NCBI GenBank assembly: GCA_050084985.1
Contig: JBITNC010000001.1
Location: 138,880,001 to 138,944,000, forward strand
DNA length: 64,000 nucleotides
Origin: Nageia nagi
Taxonomy: Eukaryota > Plantae > Pinophyta
Direction of reading: 5' to 3'
The notes under the pieces are model-generated. The model worked only from the letters and a program-made list of their open reading frames with translations. It was not told the origin of the DNA and did no database searches. Below, piece by piece: positions 22,440 through 35,699 of this stretch. The first letter of the stretch is position 1. The number at the start of each line of letters is the position of its first letter. The translations under genes and the position numbers were made by a program.

Positions 22440-24570
22440 AGAATTTTTTCTTTATTGTACTTTCATGAACTACAGTCGATAAATTTGCATTTGCAACATG
22501 CATCTTGTCAAATAAATAATGATATTTTACATACATGTCTACGAGGGCATTCACAATAACAACATTTGATTAAAACCCATTTTTAGCTACTATTTGATAG
22601 ATGAAAATGTGATAAAAAATCATTTTCAAATATTGATTGATACATGTCTATAGGGCATTCATCACAATAATATGTGATGAAAGACCATTTTCAACTACTA
22701 TTTGATGGACGTTTGAAATTTCATAAAAATCTATAACCCTAGATCATTGTACTCAATCAACCTCAAAACCCAAACCACTAGGAGCCCTAGAGAAACAATG
22801 TATTTCATGCAACTAATCTTCTCAGGTAAGCAATGAAAAATCCTTTTTATTATATTAGAATGCTTTAGATTCTAATAAAGTTTATTTACTCCATGCACCC
22901 ATCTTTCATGAACATTTCTTCTATATTTTGCATACATGTATATTGGGGCAAACATATCTACTACGACTATGTTCATATCTTCTTCTAGATATTTGTTTTG
23001 CATATATATTAGGTAGGGCACTCACAACAATAACATTTGATGAAAACCCAATCCATCAAATTGTATCTTCATCATGTGTCATATGAAATATTTTCTAATC
23101 CTTCTCTACTCTTTGATATTTTGGATGCATGTAGATTAATACAATCAAAACAATAACATCAGATGAAAACCCACTTTCAATGACTCTTTGATGGATTTCC
23201 CTAATGGGTTCTGTACTCTTTGAAATTTCACATACATGTCGACCTATAACAATAATAACATTTAATGAAAATCTATCTTCAACAACTCTTTGATGAATGA
23301 TTTTGTTCATATCTTGTGCCCATTAAAGCCTAAAAAATTACATCTCATTCTATTTTACTATTAACTTTGAAAGGTTTAATTATCATCAAGAATATTTTAT
23401 CTATTAGGATAAATATTTCTTCTATAAAAACTAATCTTCAATTCCTAATCATTGTTTTACAAAACATCAAAGATGTAATAAAATCTTTAAAAAAATAATT
23501 TTGCATAAGATTAAAAAAAAAAAATTTAAAAACCCATATAATATTTTACAAAACAATTTTATATGTTGTTAAAAATCTACTATATTTTATTAATCTACTA
23601 TATACTTGTTTAAATTTTAATTTGTGCTCTCATTTATTATTATTCTTATATCATTTACTTTCATTCATATATCATATTTATATAAGAATTAACCAAATTT
23701 TATTGCATCGTATAAGCACTATTAATTTATACTTATAGTTTTAAATTGAAATGTTAATTGTTATTTTAACTAATCATAATATCAATTAAAAGTATTTAAT
23801 ATATACCCATGCGTTTACATTATCAAACAAATCCAAGTGAGGCTCAAACATCAGTAACTTAATTCCATTATCATCCCTCGATTGGGCGGGGTTGGGGGGG
23901 TTTGGGAAGTTAGTGCTAGATTTATTAATAAATAGAAATCTAAAAGTAAGTAATTAAAATGTGTGTAATTTAAATTGTAGATGAGTTATCTTCCCACATG
24001 TACCTTGCAATGAACACGATAGTACGAAAGTAATTGAGGTGGGTGAATAATTAAAAATTGTGTAGACCCAACAAATTCCCATTCTTAGTTTTCTCCCCGT
24101 GTAGATGTTATTCTCAAAGGCGCAGGGATATCATGGCTACTAGCGATCAATTCCTTTATCTACAAGATAGCTTTATATGCACTCATATTCTTACAAAACT
24201 CTATATAAAATAAGTTTTATATGCACTCATATTCTTACAAAATTCTATATAAAATTAGTCATTAGATGCTCCGTAGTCTCATGAAAATGGAAATGATTTG
24301 ATAGGTTGTTATCAACTCTTAGTTTTATACAATAATTTTGCTATTCCATACCATTAGTAACTTATAAAAAAGAAGCATTTTGATAAATATCTACCATGAT
24401 ATTTTTAACAATAATATTAAATGAAAACCTATGTTCATGTTTGCATCATTGCATTCCATGAAATTGTGTTAGAATCATGCATCTTATCAAACAAATATTG
24501 GGCTTAATTTATTGTTTCACATTTATCATATATATCTATAGGGTATTCAAAAAAAAAAAATGATAAAAAA
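22440..24570 (-). pseudogene. Mosaic of degenerate PLS-class PPR gene fragments (copy B)
   Basis: Minus strand 23095-23310 reads EIHQRVIESGFSSDVIVLIVLIYMHPKYQRVEK. The GFSSNVIVVSAL motif (plus-strand ACAATAACATTTGATGAAAACCC) recurs several times. Paralogous to 51265-53340. Confidence 0.75.
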
Positions 24571-25399
24571 ACTATTTTCTTTGTAGGAAATATTATTGCA
24601 AGATAATAATTTTTAATAGTTAAATTTACAAAATGTGGTCTAATTTCATTGAAAAAATTATAATAATTTTATTCATAAATAGTCCAAATCTACATCAAGT
24701 ATACAAAAATTCCTACATAGAATTTAGGCCATATACTCCATAGAATGAGAAAAGAGAAAAAGAAATTTATAGAAAATATAGAATACTATTGATGGAAATT
24801 TCTCTAACTCCACATGAAGCTCATGTTTGCTTTATATGAAACTTTACATGGGAGTCAAAATAGATTAACTAGTATATAAAAATCTAAAATTAAGTCATTA
24901 AACATTGAGACATTTTAGTTAATTTTAGATTTTTATGTACTAGTGAATCTATTTAATATGAGGCATGTCTGAGTTGCTAAACTTATGTAAAGTGAAATTC
25001 AATTCAATCAATAGTTCTATGTATTTTTCATTATTTTTATTTTCTTTTTTTGAATAATGAAATGGTGTATGCTTTCATATTCATGACAACACTATTACAA
25101 AGGGATGATTACGAATAAATACTAGAAAAAATAGATAATATTATTATATCAACTTTGTAACATAACTTTGATATGTATTATACTTGAATACAAATTTAAT
25201 GGACGAGGGTTGTTAATACTTTAATACCACAAGTGAGTGTAATTACATTATTCTCTTAAAAAAATATGTACATTCTCTCATTTCATTCAATCAAATTTCA
25301 AGATACTAAGTAATGAATAAACTAATTATATTTAGATCTTTTGATCTAATAAACTGCTTGGAACAACACTATATCAAAACATTCATGCACTTTGTGTAA

Positions 25400-28300
25400 T
25401 CTTGTACATTTTACATACATGTCTATCAAATCATTTACAATGATAATATTTCAAATAGATGAAATTCTTCATGAATATATATCATGAAAATTGTATTTGC
25501 ATCATTCATACTATCAAATAATTTCATGGATATTGGGTAATATTATGCATTTTTCATATATCTCTATCACAACATGCATGCCTATCATTGTAGCCCATGA
25601 AACTATGTCTACAATATATATCTTGTGAAATAATTCCCCAACTTTACTATGTAGTATCCCATATGGATACTATGAATCATGCATTCAGAATGATAATTTT
25701 AAAACATATGATATTTTGCATTCATGTATCTCATGCAAACTATATTTGTATCATGCAAACTATAAAATAATTTTAGGGATATTGTGTAATATCATACATT
25801 TTGTATATATGTCTATCAAAGCATGAATGTATATCATTATAGTCTATGAAACTAAATCTGCAACATATATCTTGTCAAACAATTCCAAAATCTACTAAAG
25901 TCTCCCATATGCATATTGATAATTATGCATTCATAATAATAATTTTTAAAGTACATGATATTTTTCATCCATTTCTATTGTAAAAAATATGTTTGCATCA
26001 TGCATGTTGTCTAATAATATCCTCTATATTGTGTGATGTTATACATTTTACAGGCAGATATATGATAGAATACATATCTATCATTGTATTAATTTGTGAT
26101 GACCTTTCAATACTCCACATTATATTCATTTTGCACATTGAATTTTTCTTGTACAAGTTTTGTATAATGTTACTAGAGGAAATTTAAAAATCCAAATTAT
26201 TGTACTATATCATCTTTTTAATAAATAAAAGAAATATCTTAATTTAAGAAGATAAGGAGTAATGTACACTATCGAAACATATTTGTTTGTTCATTGTATT
26301 CTGAAGTCATGCCACTGTCGTACAACTTCAACATGCTAAATAGAAGTAATGTCAAGGTAAATTAGTGACATGATGTAAATCTCCATGAAATTACTTCTAT
26401 GTAGCAACATGTAATAGTTGTAGCATGTTGGATAGCTCTATCATTCCACTATATATATTTCAAAATAAACTTATAAAGGTATCCTTCAAATGATTGGTAT
26501 GCAATAATTGCAAATAAACATGTTTTGATATCTAATTTATGCAATGTTTTTCTATAAGAGACAAAAATGATCTCTATGCTCCAGACTAAAGGCTCTCAAT
26601 CAAAGCTTGATCAACTTTTACTGACATGAATACAAATGTTATTGAGCCTTCCTAGAGAGATGAAATACACTAAAGCATATAAGTTAGATTCTTTTTATTA
26701 GTTTAGGTTTCTATTGAAGAACAATATCTTTTACAACAAATATTTGTTTACAAGTTTAATTAATTGAAGAAAGATTAATGGAATTCCTTGAATCATTTTA
26801 GTCCATGAAATTGCATTTTTATCATGCATATTATCAAAGAATCATTGGCCTTCATTTTTCCTTCCACATTTTACATGCAAGTAGAACACATGAAAGGAAT
26901 ATGTTATAGTCATGAATTGAACATCCTATCAAAATAAAAATTATTTTGAACTTAATAAGTTACTAAAGTATATATGTATATCATTGTAGTCCACTTGTGA
27001 CACAACTATAATAGGGCAGTCATGCACCTTTTCCATTCTAGTAGATTTTGCATAAATATTCATTAGGGCATTTACAATGATAATTTTTAAAATAAATGAT
27101 ATTTTGCATGCATATATATGATGAAAAATATGTTGTCATTATGTATATTATAGAATAATTTCATTGATATTATGTAATATTATACATTTTGCATACATGA
27201 CTATCATTGCCTCCCATTAAACTATATCTCCAACTTATATCTAGTCAAACGATTACCAAACATTTTGTATTCTCCTATATGGATATTGTAAATCATGTAT
27301 TCACAATGAATTTTTTTAATAAAGATGATATTTTACATGGATGTCCCTTATGAAAACTATGTTTGCATTATGCATATTATCAAACAATTTGATGGATATT
27401 ATGTAATGTTGTACATTTTGTATACATGCCTATAAAATTATAAATGACTATCATTACAACCTGTACAACTATGTCTACAAATATATCTTGTCAAAAAATT
27501 CCTATATCTTACGTATTATCCCATATGTATATTATTAATCATGATTCAAAATGATAATTTTTAGAATAATGATATTTTTCATGCCTATTTATTTATGAAA
27601 ATTGTATTTGCATCTTGCATACAATCAAAATGTTTTATGGATATTATGTAATATTGTACATTTTGCATACATGTTTATCACAACATACATGACTATCATT
27701 GTAGGCCATGAAACCATATCTACAACATATATATTATTATATAATTCTTAGATCTTATGTAGTCTCCAATATGGATATTGACAATTTTGCATTCATAATG
27801 AAATTTTTTCAAATAGATGACATTTTGCATGCACATATATCATAAAAACTATGTTTTCAGCATGCATATTGTCAAATAATTTTATGTATATTGTGTAATA
27901 TTCTACATTTTGCATGCATATCTATCACAACATACATGACTATAAATGTAGCTCATAAAACTATATCAGTAACATATATCTTGTCAAACAATTCCTAGAT
28001 CTTATGTAGTCTCCCATATAGATATTACGAATTGTGCATTCATAATGATAAATTTTCAAATAGATGATGTTTTTCATGCATGTCTATAATAAAAAAATAT
28101 GTTTACATCATGCATACTATTGAATAATTTTATGGATATTATGTAATATTGTACATGTTGTATACATATCTATCACAACATACATGACTATTACTGCACC
28201 CTTATATCAAATAATTTTCAAACCTTATGTAGTCTGTCATATGGATATTGTGAATCATATATTTATAATGATAATTTTTGAAATAGATGGTATTTTGCAT

Positions 28301-28520
28301 ACATATCTCTCATAAAAATTATGTTTGCATCATGCATACTACCAAATACTTTTATAGATATTATGTAATATTGTACATTCCTTATACATGTCCATCATAA
28401 CATACATGACTATCATTGCAGCCCAAGAAATTATATCTACAACTTATATCTTATCAAACATTTCCTAGAACATTTGTAACTTTCTATGTTTTACATACAT
28501 ATATATAAGAGCATTCACAA
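25400..28520 (-). repeat. ~247-bp tandem repeat arrays made of PPR-motif coding fragments (~2.5 units at 25400-26090, spacer, ~6 units at 27050-28520)
   Basis: The anchor TAATATTGTACATTTTGCATAC recurs near 27406, 27651, 27898 and 28146. The minus strand encodes ELFDK..IVSW..MI and IDMYAKC-like peptides. The spacer at 26785-26880 reads LHVKCGRKNEGQ*FFDNMHDKNAISWTKMIQG. Confidence 0.85.
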
Positions 28521-29824
28521 TGATTGAACATGAAGCACAAGATTAATTATAAGATTTTTAGAGGGCTTTTCAAAACTTCACATTGTATTAATTTTATAGA
28601 TTGTAATCTTATTGTACAAATTTTATATAATGTTACTCAAGGGATTTTCAAAATCCCAAATTATTTTACAATTTTAACTTTGTAATGAAATAAAGGAAAG
28701 ATGTTATTTTTTCTTGATCATCTCCAATTTGATGATTGTTTTATAACATCAAGTAAGGTGAACTGATCTTCTTAGAATATTATTTTTTGCTATTACATAA
28801 AAATTTATTTTATTCATATGCTAACTAATATTATTCCATATTATAAGGGATGCCAATAATGACAATACAAGAATGAAAATACTATTAATATTGATAAATT
28901 GTTTTAAGGGATTCCAAACAATATTATTGAATTTTGTAAGGGATGCCAACCTTTGTATGTGTTCTACTTGCATGCAACTCTAAGGGATGAGGATTGTAAA
29001 TATTTTAATAGCATTATTGATTGTACTAATATGGTCTATACATTCTTTTATATATCCATTTTTCATACAAGTCTACCAAGGCACTCACAACAAGAAGAGT
29101 GGCTACTCAAATGTGTTAAAGAATATGATTCTTGGTTTACTTTGTTTCTAATAGAGAACAAGAGGTTTAATAGAGCTCTTATAGCTATGAATATGATTGG
29201 AATGAGCACAAATGTAGTGAGCCATGTGCTCATTATATTTATGCTTGGTCCAATTATCTTCATAACTCTTAGAACTATGTTAAACCTATATTTTTTTGAG
29301 TTGGATTTGTAGGCTTTTATTAGGAAGATATGGGTTACATCACAAAGTTCTTTCAAAAGAAGAGGAGTGGATGATGATTTTTTTTAATATCATTCATATT
29401 AATATTTTTTTGTAAAACTTCACACTAATATTTCTATTTTGATTTAGGAATTGTAGTTGATTAGGATATACATTCATGTCAACATAAGATGATTAGTAAT
29501 AATATTTTTTTATATAATTCATATTTATGTTTGTATGTAAATATTCACATTATTTATCTATTGTATTTTTATTATTGCACATGATCAGGATTCAACATCA
29601 TAGCAATGTAATATATTATTGAAAGTGGAATAATCATCTTTGATACCTTTAGATAGTTATCAAGATGGTGAGCTATGATTATTAATATTATTATTTTTAT
29701 ACAATTCATCATGTTCTTGTTTGTATTTCAATATTCAAATATTTTTTCTGTTATATTTTGGATGTTAGAGATGATCAGGATATACCTTCATGTCCACACA
29801 TGATGTAATATACTTTTTTGAAGG

Positions 29825-31122
29825 GTGGTCTTGTCCAACATGAATAATTGTATATAAACTTATCTATTTTTCAAATTTCTTCAATCTTATAGAGAATTGT
29901 TTGTAGCTTATCCCCATATAATATTTTTTATAATTCTCAAAAAATAAAAAGTTATTACCAAAATAAAATACGCTAATATTTCAAGTATATGGATTAGTTT
30001 CCTTAAAATATTGTATAACAAATCACACATTAGAAATCTACACTCTTTCATTTCTAATTTATTTTAATTTTATTAAAAATTCTAGTAAAAACTCTATCAA
30101 AAATATGTTTAAATTTGAGTTTTTCTATTGAAATTACCATGAACACATGCTTGCAAGTCTAATTCTAAGGGTTTTTCCTCCAAGCCTTTCCCAAGACTAA
30201 AACTTAGGTTAAATTGGAGCTAAATTCATTTAAATATACGAAAATCTTGATTTAAATTCAAACATTGAGATCCCTATATATATTGGTATTCTAATAAATA
30301 TCAAGATCCTAATTTAATATCGAGATCTCGATCCTCATTGAGATCTCAATCCTAATGGTTATAGATGCTTTTAATAGAAATATCAGATAGATGTTGATGA
30401 TATGAATGAACCCATCCCCATTTCAAAGGCTCAAGTAGGAGAGGATCCTATTTCCCTGACAATATTAAAGCTAGTAAATGAGGGTAGGTACAACAAATAA
30501 TATCAAATTCTTTCTTAATGAATAACTCATCATATGAATTCATAAAGGTATGAAAAATAGCTCAAGCATATTTCTTTGATCAATCAACAATAATAAAAGG
30601 ATTGACACCATCTAAGTAAGTTTAGAATAAAAAATAATTTTTTAATGTATTTAAAAAAATGCATCTTTATTCCAAAGTAGAATATATTATGTAAGGAATT
30701 ATTGAGAGAATATCATGACACACCTTAGATAGGGCACCCTTTAAGGGATATGGCCTTGGCCTTAGTATCTCATGTGTTCTATTACTCAAATATTATATGG
30801 TATATTGAGTTCATGTAAGTATTTTTTTGATCTTCCAATAGGATAAAGTTGAATGTAAATAAAATAGCAAGGCTGCTTTAGCCTTTACTAGTTTTAGTTA
30901 CATTGAAGGTTTTAGTGAGTACAAAATTCATCACAAAGATCCCAAAAATATATGGTTCCATTCATAAAAATGAAAAATGAAATGCAATTCATTTAAAAAC
31001 TCCAACATCACCATATTTATATTCATAAATAATTTCTTCCTTGAGAGCACCTCTATGGTACTTTTGAATACAAATGATGTGTAACTACATATCAAGCATG
31101 CAAAATGCACTATCTATTTACA

Positions 31123-31156
<34 letters not shown>

Positions 31157-32128
31157 ACAACTATATATATATATATATATATATAGAAAACTTATAATAT
31201 GGTATATTTGTACCATTATATAATTTAGCTTAGTCCTTAGTATACTTTGATCAACCTCTTAGATCTTCCAACCATTTTTTGATTGAAAAGTGATGTAAAA
31301 CTAATATGTTCCAAGAGGTTAGCCATTCTTACTTTCTCAAGTCATAGAATACTTAACCCATACTTAAACATGCAATGAAGCTCCCTAAAATTCCCCTTTT
31401 TGGAAATTAACCTGCTAATAAATTCTTCTTAGGTTTTTTGCACATAAATATAGTACAAGAAGTAGATTCATAAGGTGGTGTCTCCTAGATATCAATCGAA
31501 TATTGATGACATGCATTACTAAGCCCATCCCCTATTTAGATTTGGTATTATAGAACTTACATAGGAATAAAGTTTTATATTTCAATAAATGATCTACAAT
31601 GACCATTATGCTTAAATATAATTTCATTTCTTGAACCTTTAGGATGAAGTCTATACTCACTAAGATCCATAATCTAACTGGAATTGGTAAAGGTTGGGGG
31701 AGCCCTACTTCTTTATTTGCATTCAATTTTATTTTTTTGAAAAATCAAATAATTCCAAACATAATCCTAAATATACAATATCCACTTTATCTAATAGAGC
31801 CCATTATACTTTATGGTCAAAGTCTTATCCCACCTAGGGTATCCTACCAAAGGTGTATCATGGTTTTCTCTCAATAACTTTGTATGAAATCCATCCCAAT
31901 TTGGAATACAGATAAGGTTTTGCAAATATAGTAGGAAAGAAAGTTTAATTTTGAACTTACACAAATGACATCAACACTTTTTCTATTATAGAATCAATTA
32001 AGCTATATATGCCTTCACATGAGGGTGTCTTTCCAAACCTTTATGAATTCATAAGATAAGGTCTTCATATAAAAAAAATAATTATCTACTTCTTCTAGTT
32101 ATCCTCATCTACTACTTGTATTATTATG
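29825..32128. repeat. ~2.3-kb composite Gypsy-derived block duplicated at 38440-40752
   Basis: Colinear from CTTGTCCAA... to ...TTATCCTCAT.TA.TACTT..ATTATTAT in both places. It contains a plus-strand integrase-region fragment (30360-30960) facing a minus-strand one. Confidence 0.75.
31125..31185. repeat. Compound (AC)n/(TA)n microsatellite
   Basis: Direct reading. Confidence 0.92.
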
Positions 32129-33900
32129 AGACTAAAAGATTCCTTGCCCCCTTTAATCTATGAAGGGGTAATATACTCTTATTTATCATCAGCATCTAAT
32201 TCATATTAGGGTTTTCTACTCAAAGCATCTATAGGCATAATTTTCTCTACTCAACAATAGTATTAGCCCAATATCCCTCCTTTCTAAATAAATTTTTGAA
32301 GATTTGAAAAAGGTGTTACTAATGTTATTTGTTTTCACCATAATGAAAGTCCCCAAAAGGTAATGGTGCTAAACTCTAAAATAAAATATTACTAATGATC
32401 ATTTTATTACCATGAGCTAGATAATTATGTTCTACATCTATTTCAACTTACGTGATTCAAAGGCTACTAGATGATCATCCTCTAACATGAAACTACCAAG
32501 CATAAAGTTGAAAGCATTCATTTGCACTTTAAAGGATTTAGAGAAATCCAGTAAGGCCAAGATAAGAGCATTATGAGTTTCATATTAAGTTCATCAAACA
32601 TTGCTTTCCTCCTATCTATCCAATACCACTTGGTACTTTTCCTTAATAATTAATATAAAGGAGAAGTGATTCTAGAAAAATTTTGCATAAAATTATACTA
32701 GTAGGTTACAGAGCTAAAAAATTGAATGATCACCTAATGAATAATCCTAGGTACCTACCAATTCTTTATTGCTTATAATTTTTGAGAATTCAATAATATA
32801 ATAAATTTATTGACAATTTATAAAAGAAAATGCATGTTATATTGTGCAAAGGTGCACTTCTTTCTTTTAATATAAAGCTCATTATCTTAAAGAATATAAA
32901 AGAGCTTGATGAGATGAGATTTACATTCCTCAAATATCTCACTATAAACTTATATATCATCTAAGTACACCATATTGAACTTATATAAGAGTGAGCATAA
33001 TAAATTCTTCATTAGTGTATTAAAATTTATTGAAGTATAGGATAGCTCAAACGGCATGACCATAAAGTCATAGGAGCCATATCGAATAACACACATTATT
33101 GTATTCTCATTTGCTTCTACTATATTGATCTAATAGTATCACTACTTATGTTTCCTTACCCAACTAATCGCAGTAGTATTCAATACATGGTAGGGGATAT
33201 TTTTTTAATTGTTAATTTGTTCAATACCTTCCAACCCATGCACATTCTAATAGAAGTATCCCTCTTCCATTGGAAAATGATTAGTGGCCTATAACTAATA
33301 ATAGATGGATGCAAATACCAAGAACCATTAACTCTTCCAACTATTTTATTTAATTTTACCATTTTTCTTGGTAATAATCGATATGATATAATTGCATGAG
33401 GCTTAGAATCTAGAGCTAACTCAATCTTATGATTAATTTTCCATTGCGATGCTAGTATACAAGGCAACTACACTAGAATAACATTTGAAAAAAGAGCTAA
33501 TTGTGATTAAACCTCTATTATCATAAGCCCTAAAACTACTACATGTTCATCCCAAGCCCCTAGAAAACATGGTAGAAATAAAGTTCACATTTATTCATAT
33601 AATCATTTTTGAGAGACATTATTGATAATATTTGTGTTACCCATTTCCTTCTTAGTTCATAAAAAGTTACCATGCATTCATACTATGTATTGAGAATAAT
33701 TATTTTAATGATATGGAGGTATCAAAGTTGAGAAAATTATTCTTGCAAGTTACTATCTTGAAATTAGGTAAAATTTAAATATGTAGGACCAACCTAATTA
33801 CCCACCTCAAAGATAATCTTGTACTGACATCCTAATCTTTTATTTTTGGTGATTTAGCCCCTTGATAGAGTGATCCATTATGGTCATCTTTTTGTTAGGA
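31300..33900 (-). mobile_element. Degenerate Ty3/Gypsy pol (RT-RH-IN), chromovirus-like
   Basis: 33180-33467 INHKIEL...YRL...IRMCM..KVLNKLTIK (RT N-terminus); 31532-31726 GLPQPLPIP.RLW..VSIDFI...SIMVIVDHLLKY (integrase). RT lies upstream of IN, as in Gypsy. Confidence 0.82.
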
Positions 33901-35029
33901 AAGTCATAAACGTATTCCATATCATAATTTAAGTATTCATCTAAACTATTCTTAGTCCATGATATGTTTATTTCATCTTGATATTGGTACTAAATTAGCC
34001 TCTCCTACATAAGTTACCAACCATAATTGAAAATTTTAACTTTGTTATGTAATGCACTTGTTCAAGCCATAAATATAAAATAATGTTAGTTTGTATGCAA
34101 TGGTAATATCATAATTAATGTAAGATAGTTGAGGTATCAAAATTATAATATTTTTAGGTGGTATTGAACATTAACTAAAGGGTATATGCCACTACCATAT
34201 TCTAAAATATATTTTACCAAATCATTACTTATAGTGTATATATATGGATATCCATTATATAGGTAGCGTGATGTTGATCACCCACTCCTTTGGCCATTTT
34301 GAACAAACAAACAAGACATACATTATTTTATTATATTTATAATCATGATAATAACAAAAATAATTGCAATAACTTAACAATACCAATAATTAGATATTGA
34401 ATAAATATAAAATCATATTAAGGTATATATAGATGCCACACTTTGGAAGTATAATTGAAAAATACAAGTATTTTGAAAATTGTGTATTTAAAAGAGAAAT
34501 ACAAAGATATAATTCATTGAGATTTTATGGATCTTCTTGATGATAACACCAACTTCATAACCCCCTTTTGACCTAGATACTCTTTGTAGCAAGGAAATAA
34601 AGAGCAATATAAGGTAAAAATATCTTACACTAAAATATTAAGTTCTTACCAATAACACCAATGCCTATTTAATACTTATTATTTTATCATACATGCTATC
34701 ACTATAGTTTGCTCAAATTTATGTCATACATATGGATATTTTCAATCATTGCTAATTGAACAACAAATCTTTATATATGTATGACATAGTTAGTTATGTT
34801 AACAAATTATATTGTTATCTACAAAACATGGTCATACATAAATATGCAAAACTAGATTTCTAAGTTCTAGAGTATAATTATCTACATAGAAGGATCATCG
34901 ATAAATCTATTCAATATAAATGATAAGAAAATGTCATAAAAAATACAAATAGATTGGAAAGTTATACATGAATTTTCTTTCTTTCATAGTGTTCCACCAA
35001 TGGTTCATTGGTTCCCCATAAGGTGAATA

Positions 35030-35680
35030 TGATAGATGTAAATAACTAACCACCATTATTTTATCCAATTGTATTTTTAATTATACCATTTTCTATGGTG
35101 ATAATCGATATGATCTAACTAGAGGAGGTTTATAACTTGAAGCCTTTTTAATTTTATGATCAACTACCCATTACAGTGGTAGTTTTCTATTGTCTTAGGC
35201 CCTAAAATTGTTGGCAGTTCATGTAAAGCCCTTAAGAAACATGCTAGAAATAAATATTCATATTTTTTCATATAATTATTTTTTAAATACATCTCTAACA
35301 ACATTTGTTATCCCTTTCCTTCTCATTTCATGAAAAGTTACAATGCATTCATACCCTATATGAAGAATAATCACTTTAATGATATGTGGGTATAGAAGCT
35401 AAACATGTTGTTCTTAGAAACTAGTAACCTCAAATTAGGTCAAACTAAAATGTGTGGAAGTAATTTATTTCCCTACCTTAGAGATAGTCCTTTACTTGTA
35501 TCCCAATATTTTCTTTTACATGATTTACCTTGCTAATATACTGATCCATTTTGGTCATCTTTTGCCCCCTTTTGTACATATTTTCTATAAGAGATCATTT
35601 TTGGTAGGTCCCTACTTCACAAGTATCACTATACCCTTACTATTTGATAGTATATTAAACAAGGTTTAATGTATGAGATG
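35030..35680 (-). mobile_element. Second Gypsy fragment (protease to RT linker), paralogous to 33320-33900
   Basis: Shared strings such as TAATCGATATGAT, AGAAACATG.TAGAAATAAA and AATGCATTCATAC. Confidence 0.6.
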
Positions 35681-35699
35681 CATATTCATATATTAAACA

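Noticed and set aside
27050-28520. CRISPR-like array or intact PPR gene
   Set aside because: Eukaryotic context, no unique spacers, and the units are frameshifted and stop-ridden.
28953-29356. Overlapping 119-aa and 97-aa ORFs as a host gene
   Set aside because: No recognisable domain or splice structure; probably a decayed TE fragment, unresolved without a search.
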